Part shown: positions 49,440 through 57,648 of the stretch, piece by piece
Position numbering within the stretch: position 1 is the first letter of the stretch
Layout of the letters: the number at the start of each line of letters is the position of its first letter
DNA from: a virus
Lineage: Duplodnaviria > Heunggongvirae > Uroviricota > Caudoviricetes
Reading direction: 5' to 3' (one strand)
DNA length: 64,000 nucleotides
Virus record (IMG/VR): IMGVR_UViG_3300021407_000008
The notes under the pieces: generated by a model
What the model was told of the DNA's origin: nothing
What the model saw: only the letters and a program-made list of their open reading frames with translations
Databases searched by the model: none
Made by a program: the position numbers and the translations under genes

Positions 49440-49514
49440 TGGCGAGCGGTGGATGAATCCAACATCCGTTACTGCTTTCAGAGAGCAGCGCCTAAAGCAC
49501 TCGGCCAACCGCCC
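49440..49514 (-). tRNA. tRNA-Gln(CTG)
   Basis: Acceptor GGGCGGT/ACCGCTC (one G-U pair). Anticodon loop CTCTGAA. CCA encoded. Confidence 0.5.
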
Positions 49515-49520
49515 AAAAAC

Positions 49521-49594
49521 TGGAACCCGGTGGATGAGTTGAACATCCATTGCTTGAGTCAAAGTCAAGTGCCTCAGCCGTTCGGCCAACCGGG
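49521..49594 (-). tRNA. tRNA-Gln(TTG)
   Basis: Acceptor GCCCGGT/ACCGGGT. Anticodon loop CTTTGAC. T-loop TTCAACT. CCA encoded. Confidence 0.45.
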
Positions 49595-49777
49595 CTAAAC
49601 CTTCAACGGTATCGCACGCACACATCTCGCGCAGATTACCGAACTTGAATCTATATCCTTTTCTAGCTTGCGCCGCGCTTCGCATGCTTCTTCCACAAGG
49701 GCATAATGGTCGGTTCCCCTAGCACAGTAATCTATCGTGCCATTCAAAACAATCGCGCCAAATAATTCGTGCTTCAT
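49595..49777 (-). CDS. Small Cys-containing protein
   Basis: ORF from the internal start MKHELFGAIVLNG... Confidence 0.25.
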   Translation of the reverse strand: MKHELFGAIVLNGTIDYCARGTDHYALVEEACEARRKLEKDIDSSSVICARCVRAIPLKV

Positions 49778-49784
49778 AAATCCT

Positions 49785-49861
49785 TGGTGGCGGCAGCGAG
49801 AATTGAACTCGCATTCTGTCTGTGAAAGAGACATGTCCTAAATCAATTAGACGATACCGCC
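49785..49861 (-). tRNA. tRNA-Glu(TTC)
   Basis: Acceptor GGCGGTA/TGCCGCC. Anticodon loop CTTTCAC. T-arm GCGAG-TTCAATT-CTCGC. CCA encoded. Confidence 0.5.
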
Positions 49862-50067
49862 CTTAGTTCTGCCATTCTTTTGTCGGATGCAACCTTACTC
49901 CATCCATAGCCGTCCCATATTTGCTTTGGTCTATTTGTGGCTCGGTTTTCGTAATGTTTGCGAGCTTTTTCTTCTGCCACGAAATCACGCGGTATTCCGT
50001 GTCGCGGCGATGATGAAACTAGTCTGTTTCCCATTGCTTGCCTCCTAAAAACGTTTAAGCCCCGCAT
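49843..50067 (-). CDS. Small basic protein
   Basis: 74-aa ORF, partly overlapping the tRNA-Glu 5' end. Confidence 0.25.
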   Translation of the reverse strand: MRGLNVFRRQAMGNRLVSSSPRHGIPRDFVAEEKARKHYENRATNRPKQIWDGYGWSKVASDKRMAELRAVSSN

Positions 50068-50070
50068 TGT

Positions 50071-50098
50071 TTTTCGGGGCTTAGTTGAACTACGTTAA
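50071..50098 (-). terminator. Rho-independent terminator (minus strand)
   Basis: AAGCCCCG-AAAAACAATG-CGGGGCTT followed by a T-run on the minus strand. Confidence 0.45.
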
Positions 50099-50260
50099 AT
50101 GTATTTCCCCGATTGTTTAAGGCGTACCAGTTTCTTGCCACGGTTGTGTGGCTGCTGGGAAACAATCGGCATGGAACAATGTATACATTTGGTTAATGGA
50201 GTAATACTAAACTAATGTTTTACAAAATGCAAGTTTGAATCCAAGCCGAGAGCCAGAGTT

Positions 50261-50593
50261 TCAGGGATATATCCTATTGAAGTACGCGTAGAACTCTTCT
50301 TGCGTCATACCTTTTACCTTATGGCAGTAGTTATAAACGCCCACCAGTTGATGATAACCAATGCCCAAGCCACTATAGGGGCGCACGGCTGGACGCCAGA
50401 AATGCTTGCACCGGAGTTGCTTCCACTTTTGTCCGCTTTCCAGTTCCTTGTCGCTTACGGTCATTTCTCCGTGCCCTCCTTGGGACTGATCTACGGCGCT
50501 GCCACAGTGATAAATAGTGCTATAGATGCTAAGTCGAATACGATTACGACCGGAACCCATAGCGCGTGACCACAGTTGTCCAACCAGTAGCAC
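50261..50593 (-). CDS. Hypothetical protein
   Basis: 110-aa ORF. Confidence 0.3.
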   Translation of the reverse strand: MLLVGQLWSRAMGSGRNRIRLSIYSTIYHCGSAVDQSQGGHGEMTVSDKELESGQKWKQLRCKHFWRPAVRPYSGLGIGYHQLVGVYNYCHKVKGMTQEEFYAYFNRIYP

Positions 50594-50680
50594 ACTCCAC
50601 CTGTCGCGAAGAAACTAAAAAGCCACAGAAGTTTTCCAAACCAACTCAACCAAGTTTTGATCACTGTCCATCCTTGGGCC

Positions 50681-50884
50681 TCAATGATTGCCAGCGTTTC
50701 TCAAGGCTCGTTCAAGATCGGCGATGGATACCGTTATGGAATGTCCTCGCCAGTCGAGAATCGCGAAATAGTTAAATATGCGGTGCGCCTTCACAATCAG
50801 GGCATCCGCCTCGTTAGGCAGTCCTTTGCGCTCGTTGCCGTCGATTTCGTAAGGGTCAAGACTAGTTTCTACAGTCTTAGCCAT
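50681..50884 (-). CDS. Hypothetical small protein
   Basis: 67-aa ORF adjacent to the next gene. Confidence 0.3.
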   Translation of the reverse strand: MAKTVETSLDPYEIDGNERKGLPNEADALIVKAHRIFNYFAILDWRGHSITVSIADLERALRNAGNH

Positions 50885-50885
50885 C

Positions 50886-52040
50886 TTACTTCTCCTTCTT
50901 CCCGGCGTCAGCCCCGAGAGCTTTCGCTGCTTCGATTTCCCATGCGTAGTGCTCCTTCATCCATCTCTCCTTGTTTCGGCCGCAGTTTTGGATGCTGGGA
51001 GCCGATTGGATGAGGACCTTGAGCTTGGCAATCTCGGCCTCTTTCTCCGCGACTCGGGCAGCGGCGTATCGGCGCATGGATTCCTGTGAGACTTTCATTA
51101 TCGTCAAACCGTCAAGCAGTCGGCAGGTTGTGCAGAATAACGATTCGTTGCCTCCAGTTAACTCAGCGGTCACAGCGGATAGCAACTGGCCTTCGGGAGT
51201 ACTGGCTAGTTCACGTTCTTGTCGAGTCAATACTGCATCTTGATTGTCTCGCTCGGGGAGCGATAAGCCGTCTCCAGCTTCGGAGGGATTGACCTCGGGA
51301 AAGGTAGACCGCTCCGGCTCCCCGAACTTTATTAGCGGCTCCGTACCCGCTGACCCGCCAGCATTCGTTTCCGCTCGCTTGTCGTCGAGAAGTTTAGTGC
51401 AGACTTCTACGCACTGGTCGCAGATGTAGGCACGCTCCTTAAAATCGTTGGGTGTAACAATAAGCCAGTTCACCTCGGCCTGTGTTTTGTGACAAAAGTA
51501 GCATATCGGCCCTCCGACTACTTGAGCGTGCTGATGCACGCCGATTTGACTTGATAAAGCCTTTCGTGATGACTGCGGACAGTTCCCACACTGTAAGCCC
51601 TGGAATGGCACACGCCGACCGCAACCGTGGATACAAAACGATTGTCCAGAGGAAGATAACTGCATGGGAGCGGACTGCCGTTCGCTGGGCAAGGCTGCAT
51701 CGGATTCTTTGCTAAATAGGTCGTCACAATTGGGACACTTACCTCGATTATTTTCCCATGATGCCAGATAGTTCTCGCGCTTACATTGAGGACATTTCTT
51801 GAATTCAGGTTCTACTCCGGGACAGTATCGCATCGGTCGGCCTCCAAATGTGTGCGCCGAATGAGGCGCTTCATAACAGCATCGCTCGCCCTGCGCTGGT
51901 GCTGGAAGTTGATGCGCAACCCATCCTCGACATGCAGACGTTTTCTGGTGCAAATATCCGCCCGCATAAGGGTGCCCTTGATCGAACGCTGTTTCACAAA
52001 GTCCGACCTCGCCCTGCGCTGGTGCTTCCTTCTCGCTCAC
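50886..52040 (-). CDS. Multi-zinc-ribbon protein with a ClpX-type C4 zinc finger
   Basis: ICYFCHKTQAEVNWLIVTPNDFKERAYICDQCVEVCTKLL resembles the ClpX N-terminal zinc finger. Several CPxC motifs. GTG start after AAGCG. Confidence 0.4.
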   Translation of the reverse strand: MSEKEAPAQGEVGLCETAFDQGHPYAGGYLHQKTSACRGWVAHQLPAPAQGERCCYEAPHSAHTFGGRPMRYCPGVEPEFKKCPQCKRENYLASWENNRGKCPNCDDLFSKESDAALPSERQSAPMQLSSSGQSFCIHGCGRRVPFQGLQCGNCPQSSRKALSSQIGVHQHAQVVGGPICYFCHKTQAEVNWLIVTPNDFKERAYICDQCVEVCTKLLDDKRAETNAGGSAGTEPLIKFGEPERSTFPEVNPSEAGDGLSLPERDNQDAVLTRQERELASTPEGQLLSAVTAELTGGNESLFCTTCRLLDGLTIMKVSQESMRRYAAARVAEKEAEIAKLKVLIQSAPSIQNCGRNKERWMKEHYAWEIEAAKALGADAGKKEK

Positions 52041-52044
52041 AGAA

Positions 52045-52419
52045 TTACCTCCCGTATGCGGACAATTGGACTACCCAACTGTTCGTGGATTTGTTCCATT
52101 CTTCCGCGACCCATCCAAGTGTGCCTTCTGCCCAGTCTGGGCCAATATCTACACACTTTCCAGCGGCTACCTTGCTCGGCGCAACCGCGTCACCGATCTT
52201 GGCCGTGGTACCTTCAAACGTACATATAGCTAGTACGTTGAGATTAGCTTCCTTGCTGGCCCGAAGCGGTTTGGTGTTCGGTACTGTGTCCGATTGGACA
52301 CCAATAAAGACGCCGAAAAACAGAGCGCCCATACACGTGAATATCCAAGTAAACGGCACCCACGAAGGTAGCTTTGGCTCAGTAGTTTCAGTTTCTATTG
52401 TGGCTTCCTTCTCGCTCAT
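52045..52419 (-). CDS. Membrane protein (paralogous MSEKEA N-terminus)
   Basis: Transmembrane segment FTWIFTCMGALFFGVFIGV. Shared start cassette. Confidence 0.4.
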   Translation of the reverse strand: MSEKEATIETETTEPKLPSWVPFTWIFTCMGALFFGVFIGVQSDTVPNTKPLRASKEANLNVLAICTFEGTTAKIGDAVAPSKVAAGKCVDIGPDWAEGTLGWVAEEWNKSTNSWVVQLSAYGR

Positions 52420-52703
52420 GGCTTCTTAGCTCCTAACTGAAAGTGGTTGCGAATTTCGGATGCCCGACAATGGACGGCCACATCACGTCCCAAATCATGT
52501 AGCCATTTGCCCTCTGGCCGCTGGAATATAGGTTCCCCACCTTCGCAATCCGCACAAAGCACTTTACAGCACTGCTCCGCGATCTCGCGGCCGAAGTCCG
52601 CCACGCGCTGATCCGCCCAGCCAACCTCTCCGCTTTGCTCTCGAAAGTGACCCGCTGCCTGCGCCAGTTTGGCCGGCGGTGCTTCCTTTCTGTCTCCGCT
52701 CAT
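52416..52703 (-). CDS. Cys-containing small protein (MSGDRKEA N-terminus)
   Basis: Shared start cassette. CCKVLCADCEGG. Confidence 0.35.
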   Translation of the reverse strand: MSGDRKEAPPAKLAQAAGHFREQSGEVGWADQRVADFGREIAEQCCKVLCADCEGGEPIFQRPEGKWLHDLGRDVAVHCRASEIRNHFQLGAKKP

Positions 52704-52886
52704 CGCTTCGGCTTCTCCAATCTGAAATGCTTAGGGCATAGATGGACGATTACCTTGTCAGGAACCTTCAGAATCGTTCCTTGTTGAGTTGTCAAAGCGC
52801 AGGATGTCAACTGAGCCGTTGCCTTACATTGTTGACCATCCCACGCACCGCATCTAAACCTTGGCTTCCTGTCTCCGCTCACAAGT
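52700..52886 (-). CDS. Small protein (VSGDRKPR N-terminus, GTG start)
   Basis: Shared start cassette GTGAGCGGAGACAGGAAG. Confidence 0.3.
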
Positions 52887-53115
52887 CCTCCGTCGCCTTC
52901 TTGGCTCCGAGAATCCGCTTCATCTCCGCCGCGATGCAACGCTTGGCAAGACCGTCAAATGGCCTGCCCAGAAACATCTCAACTGCCTCGACCGTAACAT
53001 GGATGGCACGCTCAATCGTTCCCTTTGGATGGATGATCATTGCGCCATTCTTGCAAAAGTGCTCGGCAATTGATCGGAACGGTGATTCCTCTTTCGTCTC
53101 AGCCCCCGCACTCAT
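52879..53115 (-). CDS. Small protein (MSAGAETKEE N-terminus)
   Basis: Shared AAGCG-ATGAG start context. Confidence 0.35.
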   Translation of the reverse strand: MSAGAETKEESPFRSIAEHFCKNGAMIIHPKGTIERAIHVTVEAVEMFLGRPFDGLAKRCIAAEMKRILGAKKATEDL

Positions 53116-53171
53116 CGCTTCTGTCCTCTCTGATTAAGAGATTATATAGCACGGGAAAAGATTCAAGAAAA

Positions 53172-53247
53172 TGGTGCCAGCACCGAGAATCCAACTCGGA
53201 TTTGCTCTTTAGGGGAGAGCCGTGTTCGTGCGTTACACTATGCCAGC
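53172..53247 (-). tRNA. Possible tRNA-Arg(CCT) (acceptor has two G-U pairs)
   Basis: T-arm CCGAG-TTGGATT-CTCGG plus CCA. Anticodon arm GCTCT-CCCCTAA-AGAGC. Confidence 0.35.
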
Positions 53248-53555
53248 AAAATCGGCCATCAGGAGAAACCGCAAACCTTCGCCAGCTACTTCGTCCTTCT
53301 GTGTTGGGTCACTCGAAACGATTAAGCTTAATCTATCCCAACCTTCTGCCCGCGCTTTCCACGGGATTAGGAGCGTTTCCTTCCAGACTTTTTGCCAACT
53401 TCGGTTGTTCCACTAGAACCATTACTGGACTGCATCTAACTTCGCAACCGCGACTCTAGATCGACTTTTCGGCTTCGGTCCAAGCGAACAGCCCAAGCAA
53501 GTCGTCCAACTTGTGCGTCAGTTTTTTCGTGGCCAAAATAAATATAGCATGAAAA

Positions 53556-53631
53556 TGGTAGGGCCATGAGGACTTGAACCCCAATCGCTCGTTCCGTAGA
53601 CGAGTGCCTTAATCCGGTTAGACGATGGCCC
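53556..53631 (-). tRNA. tRNA-Arg(ACG)
   Basis: Acceptor GGGCCAT/ATGGCCC. Anticodon loop CTACGGA. T-arm TGGGG-TTCAAGT-CCTCA. CCA encoded. Confidence 0.5.
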
Positions 53632-53634
53632 CGT

Positions 53635-53709
53635 TGGGACTCGCTGGCAGGCTCGAACTGCCGTTCCACGGGTAGAAGCCGTGATCCTTTCCTGTTGGAC
53701 GAAGCGAGC
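53635..53709 (-). tRNA. tRNA-Arg(TCT)
   Basis: Acceptor GCTCGCT/AGCGAGT. Anticodon loop CTTCTAC. T-arm GGCAG-TTCGAGC-CTGCC. CCA encoded. Confidence 0.5.
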
Positions 53710-53716
53710 ATAAAAT

Positions 53717-53792
53717 TGGTCGGGGCCAAGGGATTCCCACCCTTATCGGCTCGCTTAAAAGGCGAGGGTACTCAGTGTTGTACTAGACCCCG
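53717..53792 (-). tRNA. tRNA-Lys(TTT)
   Basis: D-stem GTAC/GTAC. Anticodon loop CTTTTAA. CCA encoded. Confidence 0.55.
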
Positions 53793-53793
53793 T

Positions 53794-53872
53794 TGGTGGG
53801 TGCGGCCCGAGTCGAACGGGCATGATCCAAATTAAGAGTTTGGAGCGCTTTCCATTACTCCGCCACGCACCC
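53794..53872 (-). tRNA. tRNA-Lys(CTT)
   Basis: Acceptor GGGTGCG/CGCACCC. Anticodon loop CTCTTAA. T-arm GCCCG-TTCGACT-CGGGC. CCA encoded. Confidence 0.45.
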
Positions 53873-53873
53873 A

Positions 53874-53947
53874 TGGTTCTCCGAGAAAGAGTCGAACTTT
53901 CGTAACGTGCTTATCAGACACGCGAACTACCGTTGTTCTATCGGAGA
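53874..53947 (-). tRNA. tRNA-Ile(GAT)
   Basis: Acceptor TCTCCGA/TCGGAGA. D-stem GAAC/GTTC. Anticodon loop CTGATAA. CCA encoded. Confidence 0.55.
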
Positions 53948-53953
53948 AAAATC

Positions 53954-54027
53954 TGGTACCGGATGATTGAGTCGAACAATCGTAAGTGGTGTGTAGGACC
54001 ACGGCTTTACCCTTAAGCTAATCCGGC
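53954..54027 (-). tRNA. tRNA-Val(TAC)
   Basis: D-stem GCTT/AAGC. Anticodon loop CCTACAC. T-arm GATTG-TTCGACT-CAATC. CCA encoded. Confidence 0.55.
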
Positions 54028-54029
54028 GC

Positions 54030-54104
54030 TGGTGGGCGATGGACGAATCGAACGTCCGACCAGAAGTTTATAAGACTTCCCATCTGCCACTGATGTAATC
54101 GCCC
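54030..54104 (-). tRNA. tRNA-Ile(TAT) (AUA-reading)
   Basis: Acceptor GGGCGAT/ATCGCCC. D-stem CATC/GATG. Anticodon loop CTTATAA. CCA encoded. Confidence 0.5.
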
Positions 54105-54111
54105 TAAAAAT

Positions 54112-54185
54112 TGGTCGCTCATTTCCGAGTCGAACGGAAGTAGGTGGGATATGAAGCCACTGCACTGCCCTTGTGCTAATGAGCG
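54112..54185 (-). tRNA. tRNA-Met(CAT) (second copy; possible initiator or Ile2)
   Basis: Acceptor CGCTCAT/ATGAGCG. D-stem GCAC/GTGC. Anticodon loop TTCATAT. CCA encoded. Confidence 0.45.
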
Positions 54186-54187
54186 GG

Positions 54188-54262
54188 CTGGCCGAGTAGG
54201 AATCGAACCTACGCATGGCGAAATTAACAGTTTCGTGCCTTACCAACTTGGCTACCGGCCAA
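54188..54262 (-). tRNA. tRNA-Asn(GTT) (no CCA encoded)
   Basis: Anticodon arm CGAAA-CTGTTAA-TTTCG. T-arm GTAGG-TTCGATT-CCTAC. Confidence 0.45.
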
Positions 54263-54275
54263 TCTCTCCGCCAAA

Positions 54276-54298
54276 CAAAAATGCCAGCGATTTTATTT
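54276..54298 (-). terminator. Rho-independent terminator upstream of the tRNA array (minus strand)
   Basis: GCCAGCGA-AAATAAAA-TCGCTGGC followed by a T-run on the minus strand. Confidence 0.45.
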
Positions 54299-54707
54299 TC
54301 GCTGGCATCTCTGGAAAGGAGGAGGTATGAAGTGAACTTATTCCAGACGCACGCCAGCGATTCGCATAATGCGATTTCGTCTTATGGCGCCGCGTTTGGT
54401 AATGAAGCTCATTGGTGAAATACTACAGCAGCACAAGTGGAATTGCAAGTTTTTATTTATCCCAAAGACGCCGCACAGTAACTCACGGATTGATTGGTTG
54501 GCTGCGACGTTGTGTAGACCATTCCGTAAGCGTTACCAGAAGCAACGAGTTTGTTCTGTTGATACTCCCAAAACGGATTAGTTTGCACGTTAGAACCGCC
54601 AGCGTTTGCGGCGCGGATAAATGCACCAAGCTGGGTTAGCGATACATCATCTAATTTGGCATTGATTGTCCCTTGTTTCGCCCGCTCCTGCTTCTCGGCT
54701 GGAGGGG

Positions 54708-54932
54708 CTAGAAAGGGCGGATAACGATCTCCACGTCGTCTAGTTTATCGGAATATTCCTCGGGGATAGATTTTGCTGCTAACATTCCAACTTCTTTATC
54801 GCTAACCGCAAGAACGCGGGTTACGTCGGTTACGACGATGGATTTCTTGTGTTCAAGAGGATTTCCGGCAGCGTCTTTCTTTTCCTTTGGATGGAAAATA
54901 ACCGCGTACTCAAACAGTTTTCCTTTGGCCAT
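54708..54932 (-). CDS. Hypothetical small protein
   Basis: 74-aa ORF. Confidence 0.35.
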   Translation of the reverse strand: MAKGKLFEYAVIFHPKEKKDAAGNPLEHKKSIVVTDVTRVLAVSDKEVGMLAAKSIPEEYSDKLDDVEIVIRPF

Positions 54933-54993
54933 TTGTTTCTCTCTTTTGTGTGGATTTTGTACAACGAGGTAATTATAACATGCGTGTCAAGTT

Positions 54994-55728
54994 TTAGAGA
55001 AGTTTTATATCGGCTTCAAGCGTGGCTAGATCAATTCCGCTAGGGGTTTTCTGTGTAGCTTGGTTAAACCAGTCTTGGGTGATAATAACGAATTCTTCGT
55101 CTATGTATTGGGCGCTCCAAGCGGCAGACGCTTTTTGGTCCCATTTGGCCCACGTAACGTAATCATCGCCCAACGAACCATATCCGGGATGCAAGATTGC
55201 ATGGCCACCATCGATGCCGGTAGGTACAACTTCCCAAGATTCGCTATTCGCGAATTGCGATTGGGCGCTGGCTGGTAACTGAACACCAACAAGCGTGGCA
55301 CCAAATAAATCAACACCCAATTGGCGATGAACTAAATTCGTATGGTCAATCTTGGCCCAAGCCAGAATCTTGTGGCCAGCCATTCCGGTGTTGTGTAGGT
55401 AGTCTAGCGCGTCCGTGATGGCTGTTCCGTTATCGTTGGCTCCCGTGACAGGATTGAAGCCAGTAACCGCGCTGTATGCGCCAAGAACGTCTTGCGGTGT
55501 GGGAATAACTACGGTGCCAGTGTGGCAAGTTGCAAGTATTAAAGCATTAGCCGCCATGGCCCAAACGCAACAACCGTATTGATCGTTGCCGTACATAAGT
55601 TTTGCATTGTCTGGGGTGGCGTACTCGCGATAAACCTTAGTAGCAGGAGACGGCAACTCTCCAGTGAGATATTTGCTCAACTGGAGAGTGCGCGGGTGAG
55701 ACTTTGGGGCTAGTTTGCCAAGTTTCAA
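54994..55728 (-). CDS. Papain-like (C1 family) cysteine peptidase
   Basis: QYGCCVWAMA matches the Gln...Cys-Trp-Ala active-site block. GGHAILHPGYG matches the His block. DDYVTWAKW follows. Confidence 0.5.
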   Translation of the reverse strand: MKLGKLAPKSHPRTLQLSKYLTGELPSPATKVYREYATPDNAKLMYGNDQYGCCVWAMAANALILATCHTGTVVIPTPQDVLGAYSAVTGFNPVTGANDNGTAITDALDYLHNTGMAGHKILAWAKIDHTNLVHRQLGVDLFGATLVGVQLPASAQSQFANSESWEVVPTGIDGGHAILHPGYGSLGDDYVTWAKWDQKASAAWSAQYIDEEFVIITQDWFNQATQKTPSGIDLATLEADIKLL

Positions 55729-55729
55729 G

Positions 55730-56329
55730 TTATTTCAAGATTCCCAAACTGGCGTAATGGGCCAACTTGCCATGCTTGTGATAAACAACCAAGCCAGAAC
55801 ACTTCTTCTCGCCTTGGCATACTTCGGCCACCCATCGCGCCTGTAAACCTTCTGGCGTAAGCGCTACGGGAGACGCAGCCGCGAGCTTTGCAGCCTTGGC
55901 ATCGGTTGCACTGGTTACTTGCGGTAGCAGGGCTAGAATCGCTTCTGTGGTTGATGTAAGCACGGCATCCCACTTGGTTACGGTTTGAACCGCAACGGGG
56001 CTAGATATGTGTGCAGCTTTCATTTCTGCCGCTAGATTGCTGTTAAATGTCGCAATGGCAGCTTGCAGCTTTTGCAAGTCAGTTGTTGCGCCAGAAGCCT
56101 TCCACTGGTCGTAGTCAGCCTTGATTACATTGATCCCCTCGGAGCCAACAGAAACCAACACGCCGACCGCAGCCGCGTCAGGTGGGCTAACCAATGCAAC
56201 CGCTGGTGCCAGCGCGTTGACCATTTGCAAGATAACGTTAATATCAGCCAGCACTTGATCGACACTGCACGCGATCATAGAGAAGCAAAGCGCGAAAACG
56301 AGAGTGAAAGAAAAAAGTTTTTTAAGCAT
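55730..56329 (-). CDS. Lipoprotein (possible outer spanin or lysis-associated)
   Basis: Lipoprotein signal MLKKLFSFTLVFALCFSMIAC. Ala-rich. Confidence 0.4.
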   Translation of the reverse strand: MLKKLFSFTLVFALCFSMIACSVDQVLADINVILQMVNALAPAVALVSPPDAAAVGVLVSVGSEGINVIKADYDQWKASGATTDLQKLQAAIATFNSNLAAEMKAAHISSPVAVQTVTKWDAVLTSTTEAILALLPQVTSATDAKAAKLAAASPVALTPEGLQARWVAEVCQGEKKCSGLVVYHKHGKLAHYASLGILK

Positions 56330-56331
56330 GG

Positions 56332-56607
56332 TTAGATTTTACCTACGTTATCGGATTTTGTGTTGGGATTTTCGCTAACCGGTGAAACTACGGCACTTTT
56401 TGATGGCTGCATGTAGAATGCTCTCAATGCAACCGCTGCCGTGATAACCGCAGTCCTCGCATAATGGCGCAGACAAAGTGTTGTAAAACACCCGCCTTCG
56501 TCTACCGCATGAGCAAATGTAGCCACAAACGTTGCGGCAAAAGTTGTGATAGCGGCCTGCCAGCCAGCGGGAAGCGAAGCCCAGAACTTCTTAAGTTTAG
56601 CGACCAT
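56332..56607 (-). CDS. Small membrane protein (holin-like)
   Basis: Two hydrophobic segments. Lies within the lysis cassette. Confidence 0.35.
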   Translation of the reverse strand: MVAKLKKFWASLPAGWQAAITTFAATFVATFAHAVDEGGCFTTLCLRHYARTAVITAAVALRAFYMQPSKSAVVSPVSENPNTKSDNVGKI

Positions 56608-56657
56608 TCGCGCCTCCTAGAATCAGATTAGATACTAGCGAAGTTGCGGAATGGTTT

Positions 56658-56882
56658 TCAGAGAAATGACTGAATTCGTTGATTACACGCTGGTTGCCAG
56701 CGGTCGTATTCCCACGGAGAACAGTTGTTGTTTGGCGAGGTTTCTAGCCGTTCGTTTGGGGAGTCGTATGGTTCAAAAATAATATCTTCACCCTCGAACA
56801 TGTTTATCTCTTGAACGGGAGTTAGCTTTATTAGCAGGAGAGAGAATAACGCGATAATGAGCGTCCCGCACAGCAACCGCAT
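56658..56882 (-). CDS. Small protein with an N-terminal transmembrane segment (spanin or holin-like)
   Basis: MRLLCGTLIIALFSLLLIKL. Confidence 0.35.
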   Translation of the reverse strand: MRLLCGTLIIALFSLLLIKLTPVQEINMFEGEDIIFEPYDSPNERLETSPNNNCSPWEYDRWQPACNQRIQSFL

Positions 56883-56973
56883 AAATTAGAGGGCTGGCGA
56901 TGGAGGATTTTTAGAGAGAGTCGCCAGCCCGTGCCTTGTCGGCTATGTTGATGGAAAGAGTATGGCACAAACG

Positions 56974-57435
56974 CTAGTAATATTTGGGCATTAAATCTTT
57001 AACTAAGTCTGGGTAGGACGCATCGCCGCCGCCATTGTATCGCAACATCGCCTTTGTGGAGTCGCCGCCCGATTCGGTTAAGCAGTTGCCAAACTTCTTG
57101 CAACCCAAATCCAACCCTACGTCTGGGTCGCAAAGCTCACTGAGATATTTTCCGGTGAACCCCAATTCTCTAGCCGTCTGCCCCATGATCTGCATCAACC
57201 CCCACGATGTTGCTCGGGCATTGGCTTCACTCATGGTGTGAACTACGCCCGTGTTGACTAACGGTTGCACGTACTTGTCAAAGAAAAGCGGTTCATATCT
57301 CGTGGCCCACGGTATCCATCCACCCGATTCATGGTCGGCAATGGCGCACACCAGCGCCGTATCGAGCAGATACTTGGTTGCATACTTGCGAGCTAGTGTT
57401 ACGCGGGCTTCGATAGTGGAGAAGTCGTAACCCAA
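56974..57435 (-). CDS. Endolysin, lytic transglycosylase (SLT domain)
   Basis: AIADHESGGW...SWGLMQIMGQTA is the SLT catalytic signature. TTG start with a strong SD. Confidence 0.7.
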   Translation of the reverse strand: MGYDFSTIEARVTLARKYATKYLLDTALVCAIADHESGGWIPWATRYEPLFFDKYVQPLVNTGVVHTMSEANARATSWGLMQIMGQTARELGFTGKYLSELCDPDVGLDLGCKKFGNCLTESGGDSTKAMLRYNGGGDASYPDLVKDLMPKYY

Positions 57436-57462
57436 TTTTCCCTCCTTTTAGGTTGGCATGGT

Positions 57463-57648
57463 TTATCGCAAATTGGTTCTGCCCAATCGTTGATTTGATA
57501 CATTTGTTGTTTTTTGATTACCGCGCCGCAGTTGGCGCAGCGTTGGTTGCTTACCGCTATTAGAGACGGCCCATTTACAAACATGCAGGAAATACTCCCG
57601 ACAAGATAACTCGTCAATTTCGTCAATTTCGTTCAAGGGGAGAAACAT
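57463..57648 (-). CDS. Small protein
   Basis: GGAGG SD sits 5 nt upstream of the ATG. Contains an EIDEIDE tract from a 9-bp tandem repeat. Confidence 0.35.
   Translation of the reverse strand: MFLPLNEIDEIDELSCREYFLHVCKWAVSNSGKQPTLRQLRRGNQKTTNVSNQRLGRTNLR

Noticed and set aside
53040-53729. ORFs 53040..53459(+), 53222..53416(+) and 53436..53729(-)
   Set aside because: They overlap tRNA genes or tRNA-flanking non-coding sequence, with atypical composition.
57399-57626. ORF 57399..57626(-) overlapping ORF 57463..57651
   Set aside because: The alternative frame 57463..57648 has a canonical GGAGG SD 5 nt upstream of the ATG. The 57399 frame reads into the endolysin SD/start region.
57614-57636. 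9-bp tandem repeat tcgtcaatt x2 (plus a partial third copy)
   Set aside because: It lies within a small coding ORF and encodes EIDEIDE. It is too short for a regulatory array call.
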